This document shows positions 62,731-64,000 of a stretch of 64,000 nt of DNA, one piece after another. The notes under the pieces are model-generated. The model was not told the origin of the DNA, ran no database searches, and saw only the letters and a program-made list of their open reading frames with translations. The position numbers and the translations under genes are program-made. Location: assembly GCA_050298595.1 (NCBI GenBank), contig JBNKUM010000076.1, positions 64,001 through 128,000 on the forward strand, written 5' to 3'. Each line of letters starts with the position of its first letter. The first letter of the stretch is position 1. Source of the DNA: Gammaproteobacteria bacterium. GTDB lineage: Bacteria > Pseudomonadota > Gammaproteobacteria > GCA-001735895.

Positions 62731-64000
62731 CTAAAAAAGCTTTAGCTGCTTTATGATACTATTCAGATATTCAGAAAAATCAGGATTAACAAAATAATAA
62801 ATAATGCCTGCAAACAGGTTCAAAATAATCAATATTAAAAAAAAGTAGGAAAGTTTAAAAACCGGTATTTTATTTTCTTCTGCTCTTTTTTTCATCATCT
62901 GTTGGAGCTTTTGCAGCTCATGCAGAATTTCAGCAAAGCTCTCGAAGCGATTTACGGGCTGAGTCTCCATCATATTTTTTATCAAATGCTGAACTCGACC
63001 ATCCAGAGCTTCAAAAGAGCTGTTACTCTGTAATCGCTCAAACTTCAGCATGGCAGGTGCCCCGGTCAGCATATGATAAAAAATAGCACCCACACTATAG
63101 ATATCTTTTTTCACTGGCTGTAAATTTTCATGATCTGGCTGGTACCAACTTTTTTCAACTTGATTGTTATAATGTTTCTCAAAACCGAAGTCAGTAATTT
63201 TGAGCTGTTTTTTATCATCAAATAAAATATTACTCGGCCGCAGATTACCATGCATAATCTGCTGTTCATGAGCTGCCTGCATCGCACTGCATATCTGTAT
63301 TGCAACCTTTAAAAACCTGTCAGCAGTATAAGGTCTTGATAGCCTGTCCTGTAAGTTGCCACCCGCTAAATACTCCATCACAACGATGAATGCTTGACTG
63401 CTTTTTGAAGTGCCTAATACCCGCAATAAATGATCATGTTTTATAGTTTTTAATTTATCAGCCTCTTTCAAACCCGCCCGGGAATTCACTCGTTTCTTTA
63501 CAACGATTAAATTTTTCCTGCTTTTGTCTTCAAACAGATAAACTGCTCCAAATCGACTCTTACTCAGAACATCCAGTAATACAAACTTTTCAGCTGCATT
63601 TCCAATGGCCGCTTTTGCTTCAACTTTATCACTCTGCTTTAAGTGCGCGCCATTCAGAATTTCCAGCAGAATAAAAGCGACTGCATCCGCTGATGGTGGT
63701 CGTTCAGCAGGGTTTGTTTTCAGGCACTTAATAATCAATTCTGACAGGATCTGTGGAAAACTAGATAAGCACCCTGCCAAATTATTGAATTGGGCAGCAG
63801 GTAACTGCCCGGTAAACAGTTCAAACATCAACGAACCAAACGAATAAATATCACTCAGAGGGCTGACTGACTTAGGATCATTGAATTGCTCAGGCGACAT
63901 ATAATCCGGTGTACCAAGAATTTCTTCACTCTCTGGCTGCCCGTTTGCTTCCAGCCAGGCGATACCGAAATCCAGAATAAATACATGCGATTCATCATCA
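62731..64000 (-). CDS. Ser/Thr kinase with two kinase domains and a C-terminal TM; 5' part lies outside the window
   Basis: Frame is open to the window edge (ILDFGIA...GTPDYMSPEQ); second domain has HGNLRPSN and DFG. Confidence 0.88.
   Translation of the reverse strand, partial: DDESHVFILDFGIAWLEANGQPESEEILGTPDYMSPEQFNDPKSVSPLSDIYSFGSLMFELFTGQLPAAQFNNLAGCLSSFPQILSELIIKCLKTNPAERPPSADAVAFILLEILNGAHLKQSDKVEAKAAIGNAAEKFVLLDVLSKSRFGAVYLFEDKSRKNLIVVKKRVNSRAGLKEADKLKTIKHDHLLRVLGTSKSSQAFIVVMEYLAGGNLQDRLSRPYTADRFLKVAIQICSAMQAAHEQQIMHGNLRPSNILFDDKKQLKITDFGFEKHYNNQVEKSWYQPDHENLQPVKKDIYSVGAIFYHMLTGAPAMLKFERLQSNSSFEALDGRVQHLIKNMMETQPVNRFESFAEILHELQKLQQMMKKRAEENKIPVFKLSYFFLILIILNLFAGIIYYFVNPDFSEYLNSIIKQLKLF

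Noticed and set aside
1-64000. rRNA, tRNA, prophage or intact transposase/integrase
   Set aside because: None was recognised on either strand; weak structured RNAs could be missed by eye.

Overview
This is a chromosomal window from a probable sulfur-oxidising gammaproteobacterium; its Sat is of the dissimilatory type seen in chemosynthetic symbionts. Housekeeping genes (sat, ispB, sulfurtransferase, rluE, mdh, large NAD-GDH, folD, glrK-qseG-glrR, polB) alternate with four diguanylate cyclases and many eroded genes. The richest part is an accessory zone at about 31.6-46 kb. It holds (1) a dispersed family of ~29-bp palindromes (12-bp arms, 5-7-bp loop) chained by 15-bp spacers, (2) two inverted ~170-bp MITEs, each sitting in the loop of such a palindrome, (3) integron attC sites without an integrase, one with a compensated GAT core, (4) a group IIC intron 3' remnant, (5) a RAYT transposase fragment, and (6) a HipA toxin with a tandem-HTH antitoxin behind four operator-like repeats 49-50 bp apart. 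No rRNA, tRNA or canonical CRISPR-Cas locus was seen. All calls come from reading motifs by eye; no database searches were run.
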